DNA of 64,000 bases. Source: Setoptus koraiensis. Lineage: Eukaryota; Animalia; Arthropoda. Location: NCBI GenBank assembly GCA_048013815.1, contig CM106586.1:16988001-17052000 (forward strand), given 5' to 3'. The position numbers and the translations under genes were made by a program. Below are positions 13,655 to 27,554 of the stretch, piece by piece (position 1 is the first letter of the stretch; each line of letters begins with the position of its first letter). The notes beneath the pieces were generated by a model that saw nothing but the letters and a program-made list of their open reading frames with translations, had not been told where the DNA came from and made no database searches.

Positions 13655-14534
13655 CACTGGTATTAAGGATAGGATTAACGATATAATAATAGATATCAAA
13701 ATAGAATCGGTGATGGTTGATCCCTGCACTGGGCAATATATTGGTCAATGTGTTAGGCAACAATCGAACATTGGCGATTGTTTGTCGAAATGTCAATAGA
13801 ACAGGCAGCGAGACATGCGAACACTGGTGGTGATTTTGGCACATGTGTGCGCGTGTGTGTGTGTGGGTGAACTTTGCACAACAATGAAACAAGTCACTTT
13901 GTGCGCATGCAAGTTTACAGTTCAAAAATGTTTTTGGCGCGCAAAACAGAGAACAAGGTTGGATGTAAGGTATCGATGATATCTCGTGAAAAGTTCGATT
14001 CGATTTTGCCAGATCGATATGCAAGCTTGGCAAGCCCGTTGGTAGTGCATTCGCGATTAATCCACCCGTTTGTCCGTTCGTTCGTCCGCTCGTCTGTCCC
14101 ATTGTCTGTCTGTTCGTCTGGCTAGGTGTGATAGCATTATCAAGACAGATTCCCTGGTGCACATTCTAATTTTACATATAAATACGTTCACATAGGTGAC
14201 AGTATCTATTTGAGATATTTTATTTATCATCAAGGTCTCAGAAATCATAGGCTAGCCTATTAAAATCACATATTCTTGTTTTAACGCCATCATTTCATCT
14301 CTAGCCACCATCAAGTCGCCATCGCCATCAATTTTATTTAATTTCTATTATTTTAAATTTCTTCTGTTTTAAATAAAACCAATTCACACACATACACCCA
14401 ATTAAACAATTGAACAATCAAACAATCAATCACACATCATCACCATCATCGTCATCATCAGTCAACGCCGTCATCATCCGCCTACTTTTAGACTATTTGG
14501 ACTTGAAACTATCACACACTCTAAAACATAGAAA

Positions 14535-15020
14535 ATGTCTAGATTTAAAACAGAATTGTGCAATAATCTCATCGAATTAGGAATTTGTAAATATGGAGAC
14601 AGGTGCCATTATGCACACGGTCCTCATGAACTGCGACAAGTTATCAAGCGTCATCCCAAATTTCGCACTGAAAAGTGTAAAAATTTTGAATTAACTGGAA
14701 AATGTCCATTTGGGCCGCGCTGTTCCTATGTCCACTCAAAGCCAGATTTAGACTCAATGATTGAACAATTAACTAGATACATGAAACATAAGAAAGCACC
14801 GAAACCTGACTCCGATGATGATCCCGACGGCGATCAAGAACAACGTCGTGTTCGTCCTAAATTCTTTAATTACAGTGACAAGGAGAACAATTCCAATCAA
14901 GAGAATTCTCCATCATCTTCAAAACCATCAACCGTTGTTGGTTCCGCACCATGTACGTCGTTACCATCATCGTCATCTTCCTCATCAACTTCTGTGTCAT
15001 ATCATCATTTTCGTCTATGA
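14535..15020 (+). CDS. Tis11: TIS11/ZFP36-family tandem CCCH zinc-finger RNA-binding protein
   Basis: Two CX8CX5CX3H fingers with RFKTEL and KFRTEK lead-ins and RHPK in the linker. Confidence 0.85.
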   Translation: MSRFKTELCNNLIELGICKYGDRCHYAHGPHELRQVIKRHPKFRTEKCKNFELTGKCPFGPRCSYVHSKPDLDSMIEQLTRYMKHKKAPKPDSDDDPDGDQEQRRVRPKFFNYSDKENNSNQENSPSSSKPSTVVGSAPCTSLPSSSSSSSTSVSYHHFRL

Positions 15021-15671
15021 AAGGATCATCGCGTATATGGATGGTTGGTTGGTTTAGAATAAACATCAGCAACAACAACAACTACAACACTTCCACTACT
15101 CCAGTAACACTACTAACAATAACAACTACTACTTAAAACAGCAACATAACAACAACTATTTATCGTGATGTATTTTTTAGCCTAGCTCCGATTTCAAATC
15201 ACATTCGCTAGTAGATGAGTTCATGTATCATGTCTCACTACTAGTTTTCTTATTATTATTATTATTACTATTATTATTATTATAATCATAATTATTACTA
15301 TAATATCATAATACAATTATTATTAATCAATATTCACACATATATTCATAAATGCTCATTCATATCGCCCATCATTGTGTCGCTTCGAACAATTTGATAT
15401 GAGAGAAAATTAACCTATATACATATATAACAATTAACCTTTAGCCAAGCTTAAAAATAAAATTCATGCACACACACCACAATTACAACATCTCTGATTG
15501 GACACCGATCTTATCTAATAAAATACGCTGCCGCCTACTAACATGCAAGCAACATAAATGCGAAAAAGTCATTAACAACTATCTCGCCTCTCATTGTCAG
15601 TTACCTCATCAAGAGTAATGTGATTTAAAAATAGTATTAGATTTTATGAAAAGATCGATATTTTTACTACT

Positions 15672-18057
15672 ATGCATCATGAGCCTAGAGAAAAAAGTTC
15701 AATATTTTTGCATAACATTATATTCAAGACAAATCATACACGTTCAACTAATAAAGTGCCATTAAAAACATCTATAATATTTCTTAAAGCATTTAAACGA
15801 GCTTCCAATGCTCGAACAACCATTGGCGCCTCTATAATGTGCCTTACACTTATATCGGCCACTCAACTCTTAATTATATTAAATAGTCTGGAACCTGTTC
15901 AAGCCAGCAGAGAGAACAGCTTTAAAAAGATCCAGCAATCGCAATCGATATCATCTACAAACTTAAATTCCTTGTCACCCAATCAGTCTATCGTCTCGCC
16001 ATCACCCTCCTCACTGGCAGACAATCAGAGCAACAGCTATTCATCATTCTTGGAGTTACTATTGCTCATGAGCAATCAATCAGCAATGAACGACAATCCC
16101 GCGATCCTCAACTCATCTCAGATATCATGCGAAAACTTTGGGCGCATCTTCAATAGAAAACAACTAGATCTCTGCCTCAGACATGTCGATTTGCTTCATC
16201 TATTATTAACTCAGACTATCAAAAAATCAACGCACCACTGCCAGAGACTCTTTGCTAATCTCAAATGGCATTGTGATTCTTTAGTAGGATTTTTAGATCG
16301 ATCGAATCCTTTGTGTAAGTTTACAAGCAACAAGTAAGTCGACCTCGATATACCCCATATAACAATTGATCCTGATATAATAATTAATTACCACTGTCCC
16401 CTTTTATCTCTCCCTCTCCGTCCTTTCTTAGCGTCAACGAAAGAGGCATCTTTCGTCAGGGCTTTGATAAATGCGGCTGCGGCACACATAGTTACCGAGG
16501 CTTGCTCTTCGGGAGAATATCCATCTTGCGGTTGTTTAAAATCAGCTAGCGATAATGGTCAGCAGCATCAAAAAACTGTGACTAGCAGATCGGCAATTTC
16601 CGCCAAGAATGCTCAAAAAGAGGCTCCATCTTGGATTTCTTCACTGGGCGACCGGGAACTCAACCTCGCCAACAGTTATCATAAATTCGTCAATGTGGCA
16701 TCACTTGATTCTGGAATACCAATCAGTTTGCACAAGAGGACCAACGATTTGCCTGGTTGCAATCACAACATCGCATTTGGAGCCGCATTCGCAAGAATTT
16801 TTCTTGACATTGACGATGTAAAATTGCTAAATAAGGCCAGTAAAATTCTGAATCAAAACTACCCCACAAATGCGGGTTCAAAAAGGTCAGCCAGACTGAA
16901 AGATCATGCCGATATTGACCACATCGAATTGGCCTTTCTCAGATGGACTAAAGCAGCCGTCAATCTGCATAACAACAATCTAGGCAGAAAGGTATGTCAC
17001 ATTTCGTTTATGGCTCCATTCGCTTTGTACTATATCACAACTTTACTACATAAACTTATTGTTATTATTACATTTTCGTCATGTTCTTGTCTAGATCTAC
17101 CAAGATACAACCAAAGAGAAATGTGTCTGCCATGGAATATCTGCTTCTTGTCAATTCAGAACTTGCTGGAAGCATGTGGGCAATTTTGAAACAATTGCCC
17201 ATCGGTTGTACATGAGATATCTTCTTGGTTCTGCCAGGGTCTATGCTCACAATATGGCCACATTTGAGCAACCTGACCTATATTTAGTGAAAAGGGAACC
17301 TTTTGTTCACGCCGGTACCAATGAGGCCAATCCAACTTTCATCGCGGACAATTCTTTGTTCGGTTCCGGCAAAAAAATACTTGAGGACATCCAATCACAA
17401 ACTAGAGAGAACAACAACAATCTATTGCAACAATATGAGTATGAAGAGAATCTCGCGTCGGCAAATGTGAATTTACCGCAAACAAATACAAAAGTTGTAG
17501 ATATAAATGAAAGAGTGCCAAAATCATCAGTTAGCAACATATCAGACGACCAACTAGCTAAAGGGAAAATATCTGTCTACGATCTTATTTATCTTAGCGA
17601 ATCTCCAGATTTTTGTTTGCCAATTAATAGTATCAGTCATCCAGGAACCAAAGGAAGAAGCTGTCTACCAGGCGACTCACATAGAAGTAGTAGTGGAGTG
17701 CAATCAAGTACCCACAAGCGCCATCTTCATGATGAACATCATCTGGACAGAAGTTCGCGAGACATAACGCCGGACGAGAGTTCAGTTGCGGATGCGGTTA
17801 ATGATGCAAATCAGGCTGAAGACGAAATAAGGAGCCGAGATGCAGATTACAATAGTGTTAGTGGCGGACAAGCAATGTTATCAATGTATTTTGAGGGCCA
17901 TGGTCGATTAGGCAAGTGTGAAGATTTATGTTGTGATAGAGGCCACGAAAGAGAGTTGGAATTATACTATGTAAGTTGTAATTGTAAATTTAATTTTTGT
18001 TGTCGCTTAACTTGCGAAAGATGCCTCAAACAAGAGCAACATTACCGCTGTTTATAA
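15672..18057 (+). CDS. Wnt-family ligand (subfamily unassigned); exons 15672-16314, 16432-16991, 17095-18057
   Basis: Wnt motifs CQRLF...WHC, TKEASFVRAL, CGC, GCNHNI, NLHNNNLGR, CVCHGISASCQFRTCW, LIYLSESPDFC, GTKGRSC, CCDRG and CNCKFNFCCRLTCERC. Signal-peptide-like stretch from Met at 15837. Confidence 0.92.
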
Positions 18058-19953
18058 TGAACGAAAAAATATAGAAATTAAAGTGAATATACTGAGCAAC
18101 TTTAGTGCATTCGATCCAGCATTCGATGCATTCTCAAGGAATTCAATATCATCGAAGAGGCTAACGTGGTTATATCATTCCCTAAGGCCCTTTCTCCACA
18201 TCAACAGTGATACAGTGAATCAGTGAACAGCACTGGATATAAGCTCCAATGAGAATTGTATCTTTTGAATCGCGGACAGACAGACAGACCGACTAATAAC
18301 TACTTCAAATACTACCGAAAATACATGTGTTGTTGTACTAGCTTCGGTCAAAATGACCCTCTCTCAAGAGGGTTATGTACATCTCGAAAGCGTCACGCCT
18401 CATGTCCCAACTGATTGACTTGGTCGTCGTCGAGTATGGAACAGACAACATTTAGTTGATGAATGCACAACGACTTTAGGCTTCAATTGTATCTCATCAA
18501 TTTAGGCCTATAAATCTGGACTGCACTTTGGGCTGATGTCATTGTGGCACTGTTCAACATGGACAACCTCCCGGAATAGCCTTAAAATAACGGCTCAGCT
18601 GTATTTATAGGTTGAGACCTCCTGTTGTTCGTTATCTTGAATTAATTAAGTCAAGTGTGGCACTAATATGAAAAACTTGAACAGAACAACAATTTTAGGG
18701 GAAGGTTAAAATGGCTGGCAGCGACATTCTGTTTCTTTGCAGCAAATGACAAGTCAACAAAGAAAAATAAATACATTCGTTTGTCTGTAGATTATGATAA
18801 TAACATCCACTACATAGGCATTGTGAAGGGCCAAGTCTCCCCAATCTTAACGTTGTCGTCTTATTCTAGTAAGATCCAACACGAATAATAGTACAGTACA
18901 CGTACTGCCACATAACGCTATTTAACCATCGCAGTTATCATCGCAGTTACTTGTGATGATCGTAGTCATGTATGAGTATTTTTGCAGGGACTTACATAAA
19001 CATTCATTCAAAATATTTGCGAATCTCAAATTGAGACAGTCATCTCCAGGATAGTTGTAGCTAATAAAAACCACATCACACAATAAACGAACAATTATAC
19101 TCACTCAGTCAACTTTAAATCAACGGATTATTACTCGAGTCTTTATTGAAACTTTCTCATGCTTAGACAATCATCATTCAAGCGACACAGTTGCTGAAGA
19201 AATTATGATTTTCAGATGTTAATGAAAGACAGTTTTGCGTGTCTTGTTGTTTTGTTTCTATTGCAAATCTAGATGTTTTGTCTGTAACATGATCTTACTC
19301 TCTCTCTCCCTCTCCATCTGAATAGATGGTTATTTCCGAGTGTATTAGATTGTTTACAAGACAAAGGCTGCTGTTAACGATCACATTATATAAATATTTC
19401 TGATTTAAAAACACAAATAGTTTAAACTCCTCTTTGACAAGGGGAAGCTGGGTCTTCAAAGTTTTTGCAAATCCATCGGGAAAACCTGGCGTCAAATGTG
19501 TTCTCGCTTTATGGTTCTATAAGCAAGTCATCGGTCTTCAAAACTGTTCAAAGGGTACCTCTCTTTTCAGTGAGACTTGATTTAAAGAAACGGAAACCAG
19601 GGTACCAACATATCTGTGATCTAACTGTTTGGCCAAATCAATATTGCTTAAAGCAACAACTTTTTCTAAATGATGTTCTCAGGATACGCTCGGCCACAAT
19701 ACATGCGCAGCATTATCTCAAGGCTGGGTTCATCCTATCATTCTTCTAGTGTGATCATTAAATGTGACGATAGTACATCAGATGTCGATGATCTAAAATA
19801 GAGGAAAACAAACATCCTCTCTCTCCTTCTCTCCGGGTGGAATGCTGATGACCACGGAATGACTCCGAGTATAAATAGAATCTGTAATAATCAACAATGG
19901 ATTTTCTATTGTAAATAAGTATCGTGGTAGTTTTTTTCTAGTTTGTCTTTATT

Positions 19954-21782
19954 TTATAACAGCATAGCTGATCGCGATCCTTGGTTTGTCAGATTGCGTG
20001 ATACACGTCCGGTTACGAGGTACTTTTGACCTTGTTTTCTAGCTAAGTAGTCCTCTTTAGTCTTGAGATAAAATGAAAGTCGTGTCTGGGCATATTCCTG
20101 TATTAGAGTCAAAGTTTATAGTAGTCAATTGTCAGTTAGGTTAGAAAAATCCAAGACGAAAATATTTGTGTTGTCAGTCGGTTACTCATCAAACTTACCC
20201 AGTAACCAAATTTAATTTGCGAACTATGGGCATTCTTCATAGCCCACAACGTCCACAATAGATGCGAAGCAACAATGAAAGGTTGAATCTCTTGAATCAT
20301 ATCGGTTTCTTCTTCTTTAGTACTTCGAGCGTTACAATTATCGCCAGAGGAGAATTTATCGTTAAGTAGGTCTTCTTTGTCACTAATACACAAAACTCGA
20401 TCATCGTAGCCTTCTTCGTCAACCATATCTAAGACCATTCCACTAGGATCTATGTTAACGAAGTCCCCATTACCCTCTGTGTCGGTGCCCGAGTCATCAC
20501 AGGAATTATCAAAATCTGAGTCACTTTGATGATCGTTACATGCTGATTCTGAGGGAGATGAGATACTGAGTGAGCCGTTGTGGTTTCCGTTAAAGAGACT
20601 GTTAGTTTTAGCATCATCCTCAGTGATCTTTCTCAATTGATTAAAGTAATGCCGAACAAAGTAACGTTGCTCAAGCTCCGATGGAAATCTATCTTGATCA
20701 GCTGTGAAATGAGGATATTCTGGATTGTTATAGTCGAAGCACCATTCACAAAAATGGTTGGCAATATCGAATCCGCGATAATTGTAACTACAGTATTCAA
20801 AATCAATGAAGACAATTCTATCCTCAAGTGTTGGTCTTTTCTTAGAATGATCAGGTAATAGTATGTTGCCTTGTTGCAGGTCGTTGTGTGAGAAGACAAT
20901 AGGTGAGTCACAACTATTGATAATATCTTGAATAGTTTGAATTTCCTTGCGGAAGTCCACATTGAGAAGATCTATTGCTGCTCTTTGTGTCGAAGGCGAA
21001 ATTTTTGCCTGCATGATAGAATCCAAGGTGATATTCGTTTCTATGAAATTGAGCCATTCCTTGTACTTCTTGAACAACCATTGGGAACATTTAACTATTG
21101 GAACCTCAAGACTGTGGACTGTGGCTATCTTCCTGGCTATAATGGCTGATATGGCAGGTTCGATGAGTTCGTTGGAGGTAACAGCTCTGGCCTAATTATA
21201 ATACATATTTATTGGAAGGATTGAAGCATTAAACTACATTAGATACTATTTTCATTTCATGCAAACGTTTGCAATATTTTAGGTAAAAAATTTCTCTTGA
21301 GTACTCACTGATAGAAATTCCTCCAGTCTACCTTCGGTGAATATGCCGTATAGTTTTGGGCCTAATTTTCTCTCGGATAATAGTGTGAATATTACAATTT
21401 CTGTCAGAACATCACCGTGAGACTGGCCATACAAACGGAGCAAAACTTGAGTTGGTTCACCGTTTATGGTTCGGGCAGAATGGGGAAGCGCGCAACAATA
21501 CAAGATGTTGCTAAGCCCGCCACTGTTGTGCGTTGTTATTTATATAAAGCAATTTATAAATCAATTAATATTAATTACATTAAAACTGAAAGTATGTTAA
21601 TTAAGAGTAGGGTAGACTAACCTGACTGATTTGAATACCATCTCGGAGGGTGAGATATTGTTCCAGGTGCCGCCGAGGAACTCGCAGCATATTTGGTAGG
21701 CCTTTAGTCGCATTTCACGTGATGATGTTTCGGCTGATGTCTGATTACAAATGGATCGCTTACGATCGTTTAATACTGACAT
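19954..21782 (-). CDS. Choline/ethanolamine kinase; exons 21782-21622, 21522-21309, 21191-20199, 20097-19954
   Basis: SGGLSN, VLLRLYG, LGPKLYGIF.EGRLEEF, Brenner motif FSHNDLQQGNIL, choline kinase motif IDFEYCSYNYRGFDIANHFCEW and GYWEYAQTRL; junctions in phase. Confidence 0.93.
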
Positions 21783-23525
21783 TGTTGCGTGTAGCAAACT
21801 ATGATATTTTTTTCTGAGTATTGGTGGTGGTGTTTTTTTTTCTTCTTCTTTTTCCAGTGAGATAATTGAATGAGAGAGAGAGTTGAGTGTATTTTTTATC
21901 TATTGCAGCACTACAGACAACACATGTGAATGTGGCTTGATACGGCCGGCCAGATACAATTGCAAATAACTGTAGACAATTGATGGTTAAAAGATTAACG
22001 CGATAGTGGTGTATCAATCTTTTTATGCTTCTTTATCTATTTGTCTATGGTTGGCGATATCTGCAAAATCGTACTTTGAGTGTGTGTAAGTTGTAATTAT
22101 TACTGTATTTAATAATAGTAGTCAAGTGATCTGATCAATAACTGCTACTACCATTTTGCCATGGTTAGCTTATATGTATATGTGACAACTAGTATGTATG
22201 TATATATGTTTTTTATGTATATAATGCATCAAATCACTTGTTAATATAATAAATAGATGATAATCTTGCTGATCAAGAGATGATGATAGGTTGGTGGTGA
22301 ATGCAGCTTAGCGGCGACAGCCAACGACTTTCGACGAATTGTTATCTAAATATACAACACAAAATTTATCTATCTCTGCGTGTGCACCGGTGGCCTAAGA
22401 ATGTGTATTGCATTTGTGTAAGTGGATTATCATCAAGTGACGGGGCGGCCAAAAAATTATGATGGATAAATAGTGGCCAATCTATTATTTTAATAACAAT
22501 AATCAGATGTTAGCGTTAATTGTTGTAACAATACCGACACACAATACACGTTTGATAATCTCCGCGCGACGACGATATGTATAAATATAATAATATGTCT
22601 ATCTATGTGTGTGTGTGTGTGTTTTAACAATGAGATGCAACAATAGTGGATAAATAAGCGACCATAAACAAAGAGATATCAAGCTAGCGAAATTCTTTCG
22701 TTATTATTATTATCCTTTTGTTTGCTTCTGTCTCTTTTGAACATGTATGTGTGTTTGCTCTAATAAAAAATTGAACAGAACAGAAAAATATTTAATCAGC
22801 GAGCAGTCATCACAATGGGTGTCATAGTTGTCGCGCACCGAATATAAGCTGCCAACATGAATATGAATCACGACTCATTTATCCGCTAGATTACCCAATA
22901 CCCACACCGCATAGGCGCATGTCTATCGACATAACAGCGCGCAATTTAATGTTTGCTCGGCCGACAATGCGCATAGCGACTTGCAAACAGGCACCATTTG
23001 CGCACTCTAGCCAAACAAGCAGCTTGGCGCCGTTATGTCACCAACTCAATGATGTTATGTCACCAACTTAACGATGCTATGTCACCCACTGACAGCCTGG
23101 CGATGAGCCCATTGATCCGATCAATCTTATCGAGAAAAACAACAAACAACAAGATCATGACAGCAAATATTGTCGCCAAATATAGCTGTGATACAGCCAG
23201 ATAGGGAGGGAGAGAGCGACGAATCAAGTTACACACATATAGTGGTGTTTACTTTTAATTTAGAGTTCGTTGACTGTTTCGCTGGCATTATATTTTTGTT
23301 AAGCGATGCGTTTTTACCGGTATACAGGCGATATATATATTTCATTTATACAAGTAGAATATAGAGACAGCGCCAGTGGCAGTCATTTGATCGTGTGATT
23401 ATGTACAAAAATGGTGGCTCTATGTCGCTGTCCCGTTCATTATTGCGTCGTTAATTAACTGTTACCGTTATAGACACTGATGGCATGTGATCAATGTTGG
23501 TGTCCGTATCCACTTCGGGTGACTC

Positions 23526-26500
23526 TCAAACTGGCACTGATGTAACGGCCGAACAGTTATTCATTGGTATGTCGTCCTTGATGAATATGTCCTCGATAGA
23601 TGGCCGATTATCGTATAATGACGGAGCAAACATCAACAACATAAATGAACCTGCCGAGCACAAGACAGAGAACAACCACAAAAACAATCTGTCTATTACC
23701 ATGGACATGAAGTTCCAATCCTCCACTGCTCTGTTTTCAACGTCCTCATTCTTGATTGTGTCAGCTATAAACAGTGTGTGCCTTATGGCCGCTCTCAGAT
23801 ACTGCGGCATCTGATCGTAGGGCAACGTCAGCGACATTAAAACGGAATTGGCCGTTGTGTTGTTGTTGACGTCGTCGTCTCGGTTGTTGTTGTTGTTGTT
23901 GCTACCGGTGTTGTTGTTGTTGTTGAGCGTCTCATGGCAATGATCACATCGGTTTATATTGTTGCTGGCAGCAGCGTACAATGTCTTGTCCTCGAAGCCG
24001 CCACAACAATTGTTGCAATCATCGTGATTGTTGGGCGCCGCATAGCGCTTGCTCATCAACATGACATCATTACCATTATTATTGCTAGTTGAATGCTGGC
24101 TGAGCATCGTGGATTGCAACACTGGCGGAGGTGGCGGCATAGTCGCAGCAGTTGACGAGCTATAATTAGATGAAATAACGTTGTTGTTGTTGTTTTGTTG
24201 ATTGATGCTGGATGCCATACTTCTGCATGGCATTTGTTGATTGATATTACTGTTAGATTGATGATAATATGCTGCTGTTGTTGTTGATCCGTACGGCGAT
24301 GACGTCATTTGTTGATTCTTCATACTAGATTGCCCATTAAATTGTTGTTGCTGTTGGATGGAGGACGCAGATTTAAGATTTTCCCAACACGTACAAGAAT
24401 CTGCCCGTCTTGTCAACACAGTCTGATTGCTATCTTGATTGTCCATAGAGGAATCTGGCACAAGGCGCCCATCTAAAGCGGAACTTGCACCGACGCCACC
24501 GTTAATTAGTTGTTGCATAATAATACTGCTCTGGTAAGATTCAGACTTTCCATTGTTGCTACAATCATCATCGCCAGTTACAGAGCTATCCAGATTGTTG
24601 TTTTGTTGTTGCTGCTGTTGTTGCTGTTGCATATAAGAGGCATGCATTTGGAATGGGGCTGTCGTTGGGTCTCTCACAGTGTCTTGATTGATATCGTTAC
24701 TACTAGTGCTTGCTGCATCTAATGAAATCATTTGTTGTTGCATTTGATCATTGATATTATTTTGATTATTGATCTGATCTGAAAATTGTCCAGAGCGAGA
24801 CAGCGACATTGTTTTAAGCAAATGTTCATCAGTACCATTGTTCATGCTTAAACGCGATTGTACCATGTGAGATGATTGTGGCGGCGCTCCCAATGGTGGA
24901 GGCGGTGGCAACGGAAGCGGCGGCGGAGGTGGAGGTGGCGGTGTTGGTAGCTCGTCGTCGTAATCAAAAGTCATATCTAATGTGTCCTCATTGTGCATAT
25001 AAACATGTGGGTGTCTTATGGATGATTGAACACAATTATGATGAGCCGTTGATTGTTGCTGTTGCTTGCAGTTGTTTCGTAAGGAATTGCTATTACTTTC
25101 CAGTTTGGCTTGCTGTTGACCAATGGAATGTCCAGAGTCTAACATGGTTCTCATGAGCTCAGTTGTAGAATCTGAACTGATAAATTGTGATTGGCGATTT
25201 CTCAGATTACTACTCTGGCTACTACTTGTAGTAGTCTGTTGTCTGAATGATCTCTTTTGATTGCCATCTACATCACTTCTACAATTCATGGAACAACGTT
25301 CATTCTTGCTAACGTTATTATTACTGTAATTACAATTATGCGAACAACAACATTCCTGTCTATATTTGTCTATATGACGCCTGAAATATCTACCCTCATC
25401 CTCTTCGCCAGTATTCTCATCTTCGGTCTCTTCAATTAGATCACTCAATTTGGCCTCACTTGAATGGATTGATTGTTGCTTGCTGCGTTGTTGTATACTG
25501 TTCGAAATAGACGAATCATGCACCTGTCTATTGTTCAAGCTTGACAAAATCTTCCTCGCTCGCTTCTTTCTGAATCTAACCAAACTACTGCGTTCTTTTA
25601 TGTCGGGCCTCTTCATTCCTAGCCACCATGGCAATATTCCCAGGAACACTTTTTTCATCCACGGTGACATTGTATGCACCGAAGGTGACCTGTAATGAAT
25701 GTTTAGTACAAACACGGTGACACAAGTTGACGTAGACACTAGAACAAGTGTAAACAGCAGATACTTTCCAAATAATGGCACGGCTAAACTGGAAGCGGGA
25801 ATTATTTCTAACATCATTGTAAAGAACACTATGAGTGCCATTAGTATTGAAATACTTAGAGTGACCTTTTCGTCTGATTTAGAAGGTAAATAAAACACGC
25901 ATATAGTCATGAAAGCCATCATTGCTGTGGGCAGTATTAAATTAACCATGTAGAACAATATCTTGCGTCTAATCACTATCTTGAATGTTATATCGGGATA
26001 GGGTTCAGCGCAACAATCATAATATTCTTCATTGTAAATAGCTGGCACTTCTATTATATCCCATTCAACATTTTTGTGAAATTCCGACAGGTCTATTCCA
26101 ATGTTGACATGGGGAACATGTTTCTGGTCTTGGTGAAAAGCTTTCTGGTCTGCTAATCTTAATTCTAGCTCATCGCCAGCGTACGTCCATGAGCCAAATC
26201 TCAATAGACACATTTGTACATCAAACGGAAAATAGGCCACGTCTATTTCGCATGTACTCTTGAACATTGTTGGTGGCTTCCATATAACAGACCCATTATA
26301 AAACACTTTGGCTTTTGTCATTATGGTTAATTCATAATTACCGTCGGCATTATTGAACAAAACAATATCTGGTATCCATATATTTTCGGCGGGCACATGT
26401 ATCATGTCTATTCCCAGATATTTCGCCGGATCCCATGTTAATTTATAATCGAACCAACTTTGCTCAACCCAAATGTTGGTGGACAATATCTGCTGTTTGA

Positions 26501-26873
26501 GGTTCTGAATATGAAGTAAAGAGAGGATTGCAAAGACGAAGGATAACATATTAGTATCAATAGCATGTATGAGTAGTATGGGCATCAAATTAGCGATTCA
26601 ATCGCATCTCGTTAGCATACTGACCAGGTCCAATATTTGGCCCAATTTAAGGCCCAGCGTGACTGTCACCTTGCTTCTATTGTTGGCCACTGGTAATATT
26701 AGTCGATTGTAATCACTAAATAGATCCTCAAAAAGGCGCTTCATTGCACGACTGCAATTGATTTGTGGCACCACTAGCACACTTAATAGGATGCATGTTA
26801 GTGTCAGATATCGCGATATCCGATTGAAAATATATAAATCTCTACTTGGTCGCATAGCTTTCTCGGAGGACAT
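23526..26873 (-). CDS. Nicotinic acetylcholine receptor alpha subunit; exons 26873-26625 and 26504-23526
   Basis: Signal peptide, KRLFEDLF..YNRLI.P, WIPDIVL.NNADG, Cys-loop CEIDVAYFPFDVQMC, WTY, loop C vicinal cysteines YDCCAEPY, four TM segments, DWNFMSMVIDRLFLW. Confidence 0.95.
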
Positions 26874-27554
26874 GACGATTTGGAATCGATTCAAACGAAC
26901 ATCAATGGTGTACAGTTTTGAGTTTCTCAACTGATTTCCATCATTTGTTTTAATGTGTAGAACACGATTGATTGTGTAGGTGCATTTAATAATTACATTG
27001 TTTATTTCTATTTATTCTGTTTTGTTCTGGGAATCTATCATGATATTAATATGTATAGAAGGAAGAACTTCATGGAAATTGCGATGCCCCGAAATATTTC
27101 CATTGGGTGACATTATTCTGGAATCTTGTTGCCAGAGTATGCATTATTGACTGGTAGGCTAATAATGATCGCTGTGGCACGCATAGAGATGTCTCTCACT
27201 ATCAATCTACATTCTGACAAATGTGTCACTGGGACCCAGTGCAAGGGTATATCTCATATCAATGTTTGGGCCTTTTGTTTCTAACATCACAACACGATAA
27301 TGGCACTTTGGGGGCGCACAACACCAACCAACGCGAGATCGCATGCGCTTCGTTGAATCGCGTGGAAGCGCCCCTTAGTTTTATCACCATGATGCATATG
27401 TTTGCATGATACAATCTCAACTTGTGACATTCTCAAGACATTAAGACCAACCAAGTGAAAAATGAACGACGATGGCTACCAGGTCCATCTTAACAGTCGC
27501 TTATCATATATGATCGTACGATATCTATCACATGCAGCTACTCAAGCTATCTGT

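Noticed and set aside
19295-19749. Two small ORFs between Wnt and choline kinase
   Set aside because: Non-ATG starts, no recognisable motif; the true last kinase exon ends at 19954.
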